Assembly: GCA_965202585.1 (NCBI GenBank)
Contig: OZ241827.1
Location: 32,860,001-32,924,000 of the forward strand
DNA: 64,000 nt
Reading direction: 5' to 3'
Source of the DNA: Thalia democratica
Taxonomy: Eukaryota
Position 1 is the stretch's first letter; the number at the start of each line of letters is the position of its first letter. This document shows positions 46,732-58,890 of the stretch, in pieces. The notes under the pieces were generated by a model that saw only the letters and a program-made list of their open reading frames with translations, made no database searches and was not told the DNA's origin. A program made the position numbers and the translations under genes.

Positions 46732-49700
46732 TAGCTTAACTTAAATAGATACAATAAACTAACAAATTTGAATTTTTATTACATAGAAAAAATGATTTGC
46801 TTAAATTGTTATTGGCCTTGAAATAAGCAATTAAATTTATATTTACATATATTTGTCTTATTACAGGATTGCCTCACGCTCAGGACACTCAGAATAATTC
46901 AGGATATTTTAAAACTTATGAATGTCTCAGGATAGCTCAAGATGACTTGGATATTAGGAAATAAAAAAAACTGGGGCTAGTTTAGTTATTTGTAAAAAAC
47001 TTAGTTCTAAGATTTCTCAAAATTTCAGGCCAGTTTTTTTTAAAGATTTTGAATGAGATTCTGTTGATTTAGTTTTATTATAAATAACCAAGTTTGTTTA
47101 GAAACCTGATTTTTATTGACTTTGTGAAATTAAATTTTTTTATTTTTAAGGGTTTAAAAAAACTCAGGATGACTTAAGACAGTTTAAAGTCACTCAAGAC
47201 AGTGTTTTTTGAATGGCAATCCTCTTATTTTAATTTTCTGTGAAATTCAACTTTTTTCTTACTTAAGTTTTTATGAAAACTTTCTTACTTTTGTTTATAT
47301 TTTAAGACATTGGTTTTAAACAAGTACAAGCTGAAAAAAGCAACATACAAAAAAATATTCAGGTTTTGATTATTTTTTTATTATCAAAGTTAATTAGTCA
47401 AATAATTTAAACTACCTCTCTTAAAAATTTAAAGCAGGGTTTCCAAAAGGTGGTGATGCTCCTTATGGATAATTTTAACGAGTAGAGAGCAATTAGTATT
47501 AAAGAGGCGAATGGATGCAATTAAAAAGTTTTGTAAAGTAAGGGAGCGATAACTAGTAAAGAGACAACATCTAACTCACACTAGATACCCTCGGTTTTGT
47601 AATAAAAAGTAGTAAAAAAATGGCCTGAGGTATTGAAATAGATTCAAAAATTACACTAGATAAACCTAGATTTGTAATGAAGAGAAAACAAGGTAAGAGA
47701 GGTAGTTGATGAGTGATTTGAAACTTAAACTAGATATTCTGAGATTTAACAGCCTTTCATTTGATAGGGGTGATTATTTTTAAACTTTATGCCTAGGGGT
47801 TTAGAAGGTCCTGATTTAAAAACTAATCTTACAATTTGCAAAATTTCTAGAAAAACACTACATTTATTTTATTTTATTTCTGTTCATTTTTTCAGAAAAT
47901 AAACTGGCTAATTTATTTTATCTTTTATGTGATATATGGTAACTGCTTTTCATTTTACAACTAAAGTTAAAGATTAACAATCTAGAAGGTAAATTTTACA
48001 CTATATTTTTCTTACTTATCTTTGTGTTCAACTTTTTATTTCTTTTGAGTATAAATACTGATTGGTGTTTAAAAACTAAGTATTTAAGTTGAATATTTTA
48101 CTACCAATTTTTATGTCTTCTTATTAAGTTCAAGTTTCTATAAACTTTTTATTTAATTAAGTGAGCATTTTAAGTACTAAACCAATTTATAGAGCAGTTA
48201 TTAAATAACGATGACAAAGAAAAAGTAAAATTGGTAAAAAAGGTTAGTATCTAAATTCTAAACAAAACTACTCAATTGAGTTTTGTGCTAAACTTAAGTG
48301 AACTAGTAGTATTCAATGTAACAAAAAAAAAAAAAATACATACTTTTTTTACATAAGTGTTATAAAGCAATATGATTCCTCAAATATGTTTAAAAACATT
48401 GCTTATATTAATATCTGACAAATGATTAGTTTTTATTTCATTTTTTTAACACTTTTAAGTCTATGTATATTTTTGTTTAGTTTAAGAGAAACAATTAGAG
48501 TACTCAACTTGAGTCCATGGAAATAAATGTAAACTGAATATTTCAAAAAGTACTTTTATGAAACAATACTTTGCCCTATAGTTTAGGCTTTTTCTTATAA
48601 TTAAGTTTCTACTGAAATAGTAAACACTAATATATTTTTGAGTAAAATTTTAATTATTTTTAAAGAGCATTTAAAGGTTGAAACATGGTTTAATAAATTA
48701 AATCTTTAAAATATTTAATTTAGAGATTAAAATTGTTATGATTTATGCTCATTTATGTTTTAAAGTAATATTAGACTTAAATACATTTAGTTTAATTTGA
48801 AAATAAAATTAAGTTTCATTTTATATATGGAAAATATAAGCAGTATAGAAAAAATAAGGTTTTTAATATTTGTTCAACATCCTTTTAAATGGTTTTCTTT
48901 TAATTTTTTTATTTAGCTTTTATACAAATGTTTAATAAAATAATTAAAAAAATAGAGATTATGTGTGTAGTCTTTTTTTTGACCTAAGAAGTAAAATAAG
49001 ATTATCAGCAAAAGAACAATAAGAGAAGACTTTATTCTAGTTGAACTAAAGTTTAAAAAATTTGACATCTGAAGTATTATATATTTTTTATAGTATTTAA
49101 TGTAGACTTTTAGTTAAATAGTTATGTACTAATTAGAACAATGAGTTTATTTTGATGTTTAACATTTACAATAGTGTAACTAAACTTATAAACAACCAAT
49201 TGAGAATTTTATTTCAATTTTTTTTTTAATTACTAAATATTTTTTAATAAAACTAATAAAATAGTTTTGCCATTTTCTAAAAATTTTTAAGTTTCAAAAT
49301 AGTTATATTTTGTAAATATATATATTCTATTACTTCAAAAATAACTTAAATAACCAATAAAACATTAATTACTTATTTCAAATTTATAAAGTTTTAAACT
49401 TTAAAATCTTATTTTAAATTTTTTGAGACAAAAGCTTAACTTTTTTTTTTTATATGTATTTTAGAAACCATTAACTTATTTATTGGTTGAAAATACATGG
49501 ATAGTAATTTTTTTTTTCTTAATGTAACATATTCAAATACCTGCGTATAGCAAGTGACAGTTACAGATTTTATTTTATATCTTTTAACTCAATAACATAT
49601 TCACTTAAAAAACTTGTTAATACATCTGGGCTTACATTTTTCTTTTCCCAGCTTTAAAATGAAGTTGAATTACTATGATTTTGTAGTTTTTTATTTAATG

Positions 49701-51989
49701 AAATGTATAAAAAAGTCAGTTTGATTATAAAAATCTACTAAATTTCTAATAATTTTGAGTTCAACCTAATAGGATAAAAGTTAAATTTCGGTTTAGTGTG
49801 AATGTAACCTGGCAAATACTTGCCAAAGTCAGCTCAGTTGATGTAACTAAACATAATTTATAGTTTACGAACACAGTATAATTATTCCTAGCTTTTTTTG
49901 TTTATATTTATAGATTTTAGCTTTTTTACTAAATAAAAATATATGGTCTAAAAAAAGTAAAGTTTACTATAGATTATCTAGATAACTTAGCAGCTAAGTC
50001 AATTTTTTTCGAAAGTAACAATGTTAACCAAACTGTAAACACAAATTCTTGATAATGACTTCTTTATTTATAAGTAAAATAAAATTTACTTATGTTTAAA
50101 AGAAATTTAGTAGATATAACTTAATTTTTCAAGTTAAATGTTTAAGCTATTAAATTTTTAAATTTTAAAAACTTAAGTGTACTTAATCTAAATGAATAAA
50201 CTAAGTCATGTTTTAATGAATAAAGTTCGTAATGATGTTATATTGACTTAAACTTTCAAAACTAGTTTAAATGGTTGTTTACTAATATTGTTTAGATTAA
50301 ATTTTGAAAGTTATTTATTTGTATATTTAATTAGTTTTAAGCTAAATATAGAAATGGATAGTAATTTAAATTGGTTTAAAATTTATACTGCTCTGTTACT
50401 TTTTAATTCTTGTTATACATAGTAAAACTAATCAGAAAGCTAAAAAGTTTAAAACTTAAGTTTAGCTTTTGTTTGTCATTTAATTTCTAATAAGGCTAGT
50501 ATTGTAACTACAAATAAAGACAACTAAGTAGTGTTTAATTATGTTTTGTTTATTTAAGCTTAGATAGTTTTGTATGATAAATTATTTTTAGTTATCTTAA
50601 TTAAAAGTTTTTGTAAGTAGTTAAAAAACCAAAAATAAAAAGGCACTGAACATGTTATACTTATTAAAAAAATAATCTAATTAGATTGTAAAAAAAAGTA
50701 AATTTTTGTATAAAAGAATTGATATGTTTTGTTAGTTCAATAATGTTTTTTAAATTCTATAATATAGGACCTATATCTTGAAAAAGTTTAGATTTATAAA
50801 AAAAAAACAACAATTAAAATAAAGTTGTGATCTTAAAATAGCGATTTTGTTAGATTTTATTTTTGTAAAAAAAATATTTTACTTTTCTGTGTAAAAAATA
50901 AACTCTACAAAGTTATTAGACAAGGAAGCTATGTTTGTATTGTCAAACAGTTAATTGAGCTTTTTAAAGGATAATAATTCTTTTTTTTAATTTTCATTGT
51001 TTCTCACTTTTAAACAATAAAGTTATTTAGTTAATAAAGTTGATATATTTATTTAGTTATATATAGTTTATATTGTGTTAGTACAAATAGTACATCATAT
51101 CTTTCTTATTCTAAAAGTTAACACTACTCATAAGCAGAAGTTTAAAAAATTTGTTGGTGATTGAGATAAACAAATTTTACCATTTGCATATAGTTTTATT
51201 TAGCACATTGACAAATTTTAGTTTTAGGTAAATGTATTGTTTTATAATTTCTAATTTAAGTTAAAGTGATCACTATCTGCAAAAAAATTAAATGATGGTT
51301 TCAACGAAATACAAGATTCGACTTAAATTAAATTTGTTTTCAAATTTTTTAAATAGATTTTCACTAAATTATCGATAGTTTAAGTTTTAAAATAAGTTTG
51401 TTGGTTGACATTTAGCTACTTTTTTGACAACCTGTACAACTCGGCTAAAATTAACTATAAAATTTTTTTGTTGTAGTATTGTAATACAGTAAGAAATAAT
51501 TTTCTCTCTTTGTTCCTAAGGTGTTAATTTTTATTTTTTATAAGATTAGACCATAAGCTGTGCTTATAAGTAATTTTTAAACAACTTTTCTTAATTATAT
51601 TTGTTTAACTCAATTTTAATTAAAGATAATATTTTTACTAGATAATGTTTAAAATCTTACTGTAAGTTGTTGTTTAAAAACACTTTGTTTTAAAGCATTA
51701 AACTTAACTTCTATATTTTTCTATTAGGTAGTTAAATTACCAGGCTTATCTGATTACTAATTGACTTATTATAAGCTTTTTTTTCAAACTTATATCTACT
51801 TGAAATATTTTAATTTAGTAACAATAAAATTAAATTATTAAACTTGTAAGCCACCACTTGTTTTAAATATACTCTTTTTTAAACTATGTTTTAATACTGT
51901 AGTAGGGTATAAAACAATTTTTTAATGTTTGTTTAAAGATGCCAGATACTTAATACTTTTTATTTTATTTTTTTATTTTAATTAACTTA

Positions 51990-52260
51990 TGAGATACATT
52001 GGATCAAAGCTAATAAGTACATATAAGGAGCATACTAAAACTGTAAAATAAACTATTTTAATTATACCTATCTTAAGCATATATTATACATACTTTTAAA
52101 ATGTTGTCAGTAAAATATTTACAAAATAGTATACAATGGTACCTTAAAACTTTTTTGATAATTTTTATAATTTCCATGACTGTCACATATCTTTTTAGAT
52201 TTATATAAGCACTGACGAGGTCTTTGACCGAAATAAAATTCTTGAAAAAATAAATTCATA
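51990..52260 (+). mobile_element. 3' relic of a PLE (GIY-YIG remnant plus pseudo-LTR with hammerhead core)
   Basis: RYIGSKLISTYKEH at ~51992-52035 resembles the YIG.T...R.KEH motif; hammerhead core ~180 nt downstream; AATAAA after it. Confidence 0.45.
52203..52245 (+). ncRNA. Minimal type I hammerhead ribozyme-like motif
   Basis: CTGACGA (52212-52218), stem II GGTC-ttt-GACC (52219-52229), GAAA (52230-52233), TAAAATTC. Core and stem II are perfect; stems I and III are weak. Confidence 0.55.
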
Positions 52261-52481
52261 AATTTTAAAATTTAAATAAGTTTATTCTAGAAGATAATTA
52301 AATTCTTATTAAATTGTAGGAAAATTAGAAATAATAAAGTTCCATACATTTAAAAATTTTATAAAATATACTAGAAACTTTTTTTTTTAATTCACTGTAT
52401 TTCAAAATTTAGTTAACGTTAGTATGTTCTATAGAATTTAAGAGTCAATATTCAACAAGTAAAAATGTTAGTGATTGTAAT

Positions 52482-52535
52482 ATATTATTGTATTATATTG
52501 TATTATATTGTATTATATATATTGTATTATATTGT
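52482..52535. repeat. (TATTATATTG)n simple repeat
   Basis: About five 10-mer units directly abutting the CACAGTG element. Confidence 0.85.
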
Positions 52536-52543
52536 GCCCTATG

Positions 52544-53505
52544 CACAGTGGGCTAAAAAGGAGGGGTGGAGATCAAACTGCAATTGTCTAAAAATAGATA
52601 ATTTTGCTGAACAGAAAATTAATTAAGTGTGGAACATAGTTATATGAAACTTGATTTCTTCCTTTCAAAACTGACCTGTCAAATCTGCTTAAAATAATTC
52701 AGATGTTATGTAAACTTAATTCCAACAAGTTTTTTGCCTTTTTCAGTAAAATGCCTAATCAAAATTCTTTCTTATTTTCGTCAAAAATGGCTTGCAGAAA
52801 ACTATATACTTAATTTACTTAATTATAAAATTATTTTTACTATTCTTCTTAAAAGTAGTATTAAGTATATCAAAAAATAATATAAGTCATTTTAAAACTA
52901 AAAATTTTTGTACTTAAAATTTTGTTTCTTTAACTTAGTATTTCTTCAAAAAATGAAGTGAGTTATCAAACATTTTTAATACTAAAAAAATTGTTTTATA
53001 CCTAACAACCAATTTTTCAGATTTTTCTGGTCTCTATCTATTACATGTCTTCTAGATTGAAAAATCAAAAAGGGTGGTTTACTTCAGGCAAAAAGATTTA
53101 TACGACCCTAAATCTACTATAAGATTGCCCATAAAACATCCCTGAGTTTCCAAAAAAAAAGTTTAAAAAAAGTTCAACTACTATGTTTTTCAAAATTTTT
53201 GAAGGGAAACAAATCATGTTAGATAAGAAAAGGCTAACAAAATGATAAAAAAGTATCACAGGTGTTTTTGTTAAGGTGGCGCAAACTATTTGATGTAAAA
53301 TTAAGAAATATTTCGGGTATGTTTCAAATAGAAATTTAACAAAAATTGGCCGTATGCAAAGTTAAATAACTTCTGGAATACTAAAGCAGAAAAGAAATAT
53401 GACCAGTTTTAAAAAGGATAAAACCAGTGCTTTTCAACAGCGTATAATTCTAAGTTTGTCTACTATTTGTCAAAAAAGCCAGCTTCCGCTTGCCAGCCCA
53501 CAGTA
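52544..53505. mobile_element. Non-autonomous DNA transposon with CACAGTGGG end (Transib-like)
   Basis: Left CACAGTGGGCT; right AGCCCACAGTA (9/11 inverted match); no intact TSD or ORF. Confidence 0.4.
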
Positions 53506-54065
53506 GTTAATGTTTGATATTGTTACTGACTGGGCAAAGTTTATTTGTGTATATTTAAGTTAACTATTGTATACAACATACTTTTAAAAAATTGAGTTGT
53601 CAAAATATTTAAACTGTTTTATTTAACTGCATATAACCTAGTTTTTTTAATAAGTAAAAAAACCTAATACATTATCTTTTGAAACAGACTGTTATTAATG
53701 AAATTTTCACTAATTTTAATTTTTTTAATTATTTAAAAAATGGAAATTTATTTAGCTGATTTACAAGTAATTAGATCTTTTTGTATCTATCAAATGTATT
53801 TCTGTTAGTAAAGTTTTATTTGTTAAACCTTAACGTTTATTTTAGTCTGATTTACCTATAAACACCTATAAAAACGTATCAGTACATTATTTTTATTATT
53901 AATACTTATACCAAAAAATTAATCACCTAAAATATTTTTTAACTAGCATAGATGATGTCTACCAATTATCTTTAGATAAAGTAGTTTTTCGATAACGAAT
54001 TTAAATTGAAAATTTATTAGAATAACCTTGTTTTACTTCAGAAATAGAATAATAGTTTGATTGAA

Positions 54066-56330
54066 ATGTATGTGTCGCCTCTAAGCACCAGTAGTGTCTC
54101 CTCACAGGAGTCAGCATGCAACAATCAATCTCCAATCCCAAATGATACATCAATTCATCTTTCTTCTCCACCACAATGCTCTCCAGTGTTCAGCATTAAA
54201 AACAATCTCCAACCAACTTCTGTTTTGAATTCTAGCATTCAACCGCAACATAGTTTTGGCCCTAGTTTTCATAACCAGACTCAACTAAATATTTTACAGA
54301 GACAAAACACTTTGCAGCAGTTAAGCTATCAAAGCTTAAACGTGCAACAGCAAACAAACACTTCCATGCAGCAGTTGAGGTTTAAAAAACCTAAACTAAT
54401 GAAAAAAAACAAAGTTTCTCGTCAGCCAGTTAGATCACAAAATGTGACTCCACCACTAGTTGGAATTCAAAATGTCTATCCACATCAGATACAATCACAG
54501 AATGTTTCTAAAAATATATTTCAGCAAACAACTAACCATCGGCAAATTAATACTACTCAACAGCAATTGATCCAAAACACAACTAACTTCAATGGATTTA
54601 AAGATAATTCAATCAGAAAGCCTAATGTACAGCCACAACTAATTCCTAATAAACAAGTGCAACACTCTATTCCACATATTGTGAACCAAGGTCACCAAAG
54701 GAAACAAATTCTAGTCCATCCATTCCAAAATATGAATACACTCCATTCTATTTCAAGCAGAGCTAACATTTTTAATCTATCACAAATGAGTGTAAGCACC
54801 AGAAAACTATCTGGTCAAGTTCCTTTTTCTCAAAGAGGAAAGCAAAGTTTACACACCACTAGAAGTAGAACTATTGCGAAGAGAAGTCTTCGAAAGTTGC
54901 AAGTACCAAAGAGTCAGCTGCAGAAAGGCATTCAGAATGTCAATATTCAACATAATTTGCAACCAGTTCATCATAACAAACCTACAAGGATGTCCCAAAA
55001 TGTAGCACTAAACTCTAATTTGAATAAACCTGTAAACTTTTTTCAACCGAGTAAAGTAATAAGCCATCCTATACAAAATAACCAAAGAATGGTTGCTAAT
55101 CATAATTTACCAGGAGCTATGCCAGGGCAAAATTTACAAGGAAATTTCGCCCAAACACAACAACTAGGAAACTTACACCAGCATAATCCACCAGGAAGTA
55201 TTGTGCAACAAAATTATCCAAGAAAGTTTAAACAACAAACTTTTACTCAAAACCAACCTGCCTTACAGTTTTTAAACACACAGTTTATCCAACAGTCAAG
55301 AAATGTTCCTTTAAATACTCAACAGCAAGATAGAGTTGTACTAGGAATAATGAAAAACAAGGATGGAGTAGAGCTGTTTGTACAGGAAGAAATCGACCGA
55401 GTTAGAAGAATGAGAAATATTTACAAGGTATCTTACTCATTCCATTTAGTAGAAAAAGATGAAACAGCTACAAGCTACAGAAACAAATATCATCTTTTGT
55501 TAGTATATCCTGAGGGCTATACAGAATATGTCAGCGAATTATTGTTGGTGTTTTATCATAAAGTTCAACCAAACATCCGTTGTAAGTTTATTTGTCCATC
55601 TTGTATCCACAGGGCTGATTGTTTATGTTCTGTTTGTAGATTGGAGAACAACAGATACAACATACTACCAAAATACAAACTCCATCAAGCTACCGAAGGT
55701 GAATTTAAGTTAATACATAAAGCCTTTGTAGGAACTTCTCTTAAAAATGTACATGTAATTTCAAAGTTAGAAAAAGTTTTTAAGGTATCAGAAGATTATC
55801 AAGGAATTTTTGATAATCCATCAAGCAGTAGATTGTTTTTCCACGGTACATCAGTAGATAGTGCAATAAATATCTTGACGACAGGGTTTCGAATTCTTCC
55901 AACCGCTGCTTCGGGTAGGAGGTTTGGAAATGGCTGCTACTTTACTCCTAGCTCTTCAACTGCTGCTTACTACGCTGCAAGTGCTTCAAGAGCGGGTGGA
56001 ACTTTTACATCTGTCCAGTATATTTTCGTTTGCGAGATCAGAAAGTTCAAACATATTTCTAAGCCACAAAAGTTGCGGGTAGATCAACTTTACTCCTCGA
56101 TAAACCACTATCATGGAAAACTTACTTTTGATACAGAGGCTGACATCATAAGTCCTGAGGGAATCCCTATCTCATCTGCCTTGAAGCCAAGAACTGTGGA
56201 ATCCCTAGATACTTCATTATTTGCAGACGAGATTGTTGTGAGGAATGACGAAATTATCAGACCTGTGTACCTGGCTAAAGTTCTGACTACTGAATATCAA
56301 AATACCAGGTGCAAGTTTTGCAACAAATGA
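54066..56330 (+). CDS. PARP-family (ARTD) ADP-ribosyltransferase, H-Y-E type, with Q/N-rich N-terminus; single coding exon
   Basis: FFHGTS (His codon 55842), TGF..., GRRFGNGCYF (Tyr 55938), DTSLFADEIVV (Glu 56229), RPVYL. First ATG at 54066 has A at -3. The acceptor ttttacttcag| at 54041 is followed by an in-frame TAG, implying a 5' UTR intron. Confidence 0.9.
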   Translation: MYVSPLSTSSVSSQESACNNQSPIPNDTSIHLSSPPQCSPVFSIKNNLQPTSVLNSSIQPQHSFGPSFHNQTQLNILQRQNTLQQLSYQSLNVQQQTNTSMQQLRFKKPKLMKKNKVSRQPVRSQNVTPPLVGIQNVYPHQIQSQNVSKNIFQQTTNHRQINTTQQQLIQNTTNFNGFKDNSIRKPNVQPQLIPNKQVQHSIPHIVNQGHQRKQILVHPFQNMNTLHSISSRANIFNLSQMSVSTRKLSGQVPFSQRGKQSLHTTRSRTIAKRSLRKLQVPKSQLQKGIQNVNIQHNLQPVHHNKPTRMSQNVALNSNLNKPVNFFQPSKVISHPIQNNQRMVANHNLPGAMPGQNLQGNFAQTQQLGNLHQHNPPGSIVQQNYPRKFKQQTFTQNQPALQFLNTQFIQQSRNVPLNTQQQDRVVLGIMKNKDGVELFVQEEIDRVRRMRNIYKVSYSFHLVEKDETATSYRNKYHLLLVYPEGYTEYVSELLLVFYHKVQPNIRCKFICPSCIHRADCLCSVCRLENNRYNILPKYKLHQATEGEFKLIHKAFVGTSLKNVHVISKLEKVFKVSEDYQGIFDNPSSSRLFFHGTSVDSAINILTTGFRILPTAASGRRFGNGCYFTPSSSTAAYYAASASRAGGTFTSVQYIFVCEIRKFKHISKPQKLRVDQLYSSINHYHGKLTFDTEADIISPEGIPISSALKPRTVESLDTSLFADEIVVRNDEIIRPVYLAKVLTTEYQNTRCKFCNK

Positions 56331-58789
56331 ACAAATTTATTAATAAGTTAGACAATTTAATTTTAGTTGCATGTAGGCAATTTGTTTGTTTTTTATGTAA
56401 AGTGTTGCTACAGCGAATGTATAACATAAAAGTTTATTGATGTGGACATTATTGCTTAATGCTTTTTAGTTAACATGTATGTTTATTTGTAACAGAAAGT
56501 AAAACCTTTTATATGAATTAAAACACTATGACTTAAGTTGTTTTTAATGTTAAGTTTAATGAATTCTATGTCTTGATTAAAACAAAAAGTTATTACTAAA
56601 GAGATATAACAATAATGTGTATTTAAAAGTAAAAAAGATAAATTCTTCATACTGAATTAAATTAAATTTCTCAAACTATTAAGTAACTTTAAAATTACCA
56701 GGGTCTTAAATTTGTTATATGCTTTGAAACTTATCAAATATTATATTGATAGTGATTATTTGAATTTTGTGTGAAATATTTGGTGCTAATGTTACACTGT
56801 AAACAAGATGAAGCTAAAATAGTTTATATACAAATAATCAAAATACTTGATGTATGTTTCAGTACATATTGGTGTCTTTTTTTGATAATTTACCTATTTT
56901 GAAAATTTTTACATAATTTAGTCAATGACATTTGCATTTTTATACAGAATAAATGATTGAACTCTAACAAATGTTGATTTTTTTGAATAAAGGTAATATT
57001 ATAAAAGAGAATATAGATAACTTTATAACTAATTTTCATTTCTTAATTATAATTACTGTTTAAATACACATCAAAAATTAGTATAGTATGTTTTTTAAAT
57101 TTTTTGTAAAATATTAAACTGTTTACAACTAGAAATAAGTTTTAACGAGTGTAGCTGTTTTTCAGGCAAAAAGTATTTTATAACTAAAAGTAGATTTTTG
57201 TGTTAATGCCTTTATAATATAATTTTCAAGTTGTACGTTAAGAAAACCATATTATTACCAATACTTCCGAAATTTTTATTTTGCGAATGTATAATTGTAT
57301 TACTACACAATTAAAACCTGCTACAAATGATGTTTAAGTTCACTTTTATGAATTCAAAACAATGTTTCCCATGAAATAGACAGTTGTTAATAAAAGTACT
57401 GCTATTTATAGGTATATGTTTTGTAATTCATTCAAAACGTTTTAAACAATCTTTTTCAAATTGTTGTAGTAATCTTCGAACTATTTTATAAAAACTATTT
57501 TACTCATTTACTTAATAAATTCGCTCATATTTAAAATATTTCATTGTTATATAAAACCTTTTAAATAACTTATTTTAAAACTGTAATTGACTTATTTTAA
57601 ACAAAATAGTATTTATAAAACAAATAACTATTTAAAGCATCAAAAATGGTATTACAAGTTTTGTGCGTACATATTTTTAATTCATTAGATTTGTAAATTT
57701 ATAATCAAAGCATCGAATTTATTTTGAATTTGGGCAAAAATTTCCTTAATATAAGCGGACAAAGTTTTGAAAATTTACTGGCAGCTGAAGAAAATTTATA
57801 GCGTTATAAATTGTTATTATTCTATTTTTTTAAAGTTTTTTATTTGTTTTAAACAACTACATTAGGTGCAACAAAATGATACACAGGTTGAACCTAGGCA
57901 ATAGTGCGTACCTTACATAAAGTGTTTAACTTCACTTCTAAGTTAAATTTTACCCTTTTAATACCAAATAGTAGTTAATATTTGTAATAAAAATACAACC
58001 TATTCAAGTTTATTTTAGAGTTAGTAGGTAAAGAAAAAAAAGTTTATATTTATATATTCATTGATCATATAAAGAACTTATGTTGTCCATTTAATTAATT
58101 CGTTTTATAAAATGTTATGAAATTTTTCTTCATCAAAATGTTTTAATTCTATTGGTTTTTAAGATTGAGTACTTCTTAAATTTCGTAGCTTAGCAGTATT
58201 CTTACTAAATATTATACTTAAATTTCATAGCTATTTTTTATATTAAAGTATAAGGGCAAAAGTATTTTTTTTTAATAATTTAAGCTGTTAGTTTTGAGAC
58301 TGCCAGTAGCTTTACGCCCACTACAATTTAATCCGGAAACGCTTTTTGCAAATGTAAATTAAAGTTGTTAGAGTTTCATAAAAAACCATGTCTATCAAAT
58401 CAAAATGACACGAAGTGTAAAAGAATTTTAAAAAATATTGTATCGTGTTTTTACGCCGCTTTCTGCATAACTCCTAAATAAGTTTGTGAACTTATACTTC
58501 ACTATAAACAGGTCGCAAATCATTTTTATGACGAAGTTATATAATTAAAAAGTTGTAATCGGATTTTGATTTTACTGCGCTGTTTCTGAATGCCTAAACT
58601 AGAATTTTTTTAGTATATATTTAAATAATTTGTTTCTGCTCAACATTCTCAAAGCTTTGTCTAATCAAATAAATTCCTGAGTATATGATTTATAAAATAT
58701 ACAAAACAAGCAAACAATTTAAAAAAAGTATTTAAAATATTTTCTTCAGATAAACATGTAACATTTATCTGTCTCATCTAGTTTATTGA

Positions 58790-58890
58790 ACGACATAAGA
58801 AAGTATTTGGTCGTAGGACCTGGTGGACGGAAACACCTTTCGGTTATCGAGTCGCACACCACGGATACCTTTTAACTGTCTTGTCCAGGG
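58790..58890 (-). repeat. Dispersed structured repeat, copy 2
   Basis: CCTTTCGGTTATCGAGTCGCACACCAC.GATACCTTTTAAC is near-identical to the reverse complement of copy 1. Confidence 0.8.

Noticed and set aside
46867-47203. Acceptor-led short ORF (LPHAQDTQNNSG...) with repeated CTCAGGAT-like units
   Set aside because: More consistent with a degenerate simple repeat; no donor and no recognisable protein.
57785-57830. CTGAAGA followed by a perfect AATTTATA-GCGT-TATAAATT hairpin
   Set aside because: No GAAA after the stem, so it is not a hammerhead.
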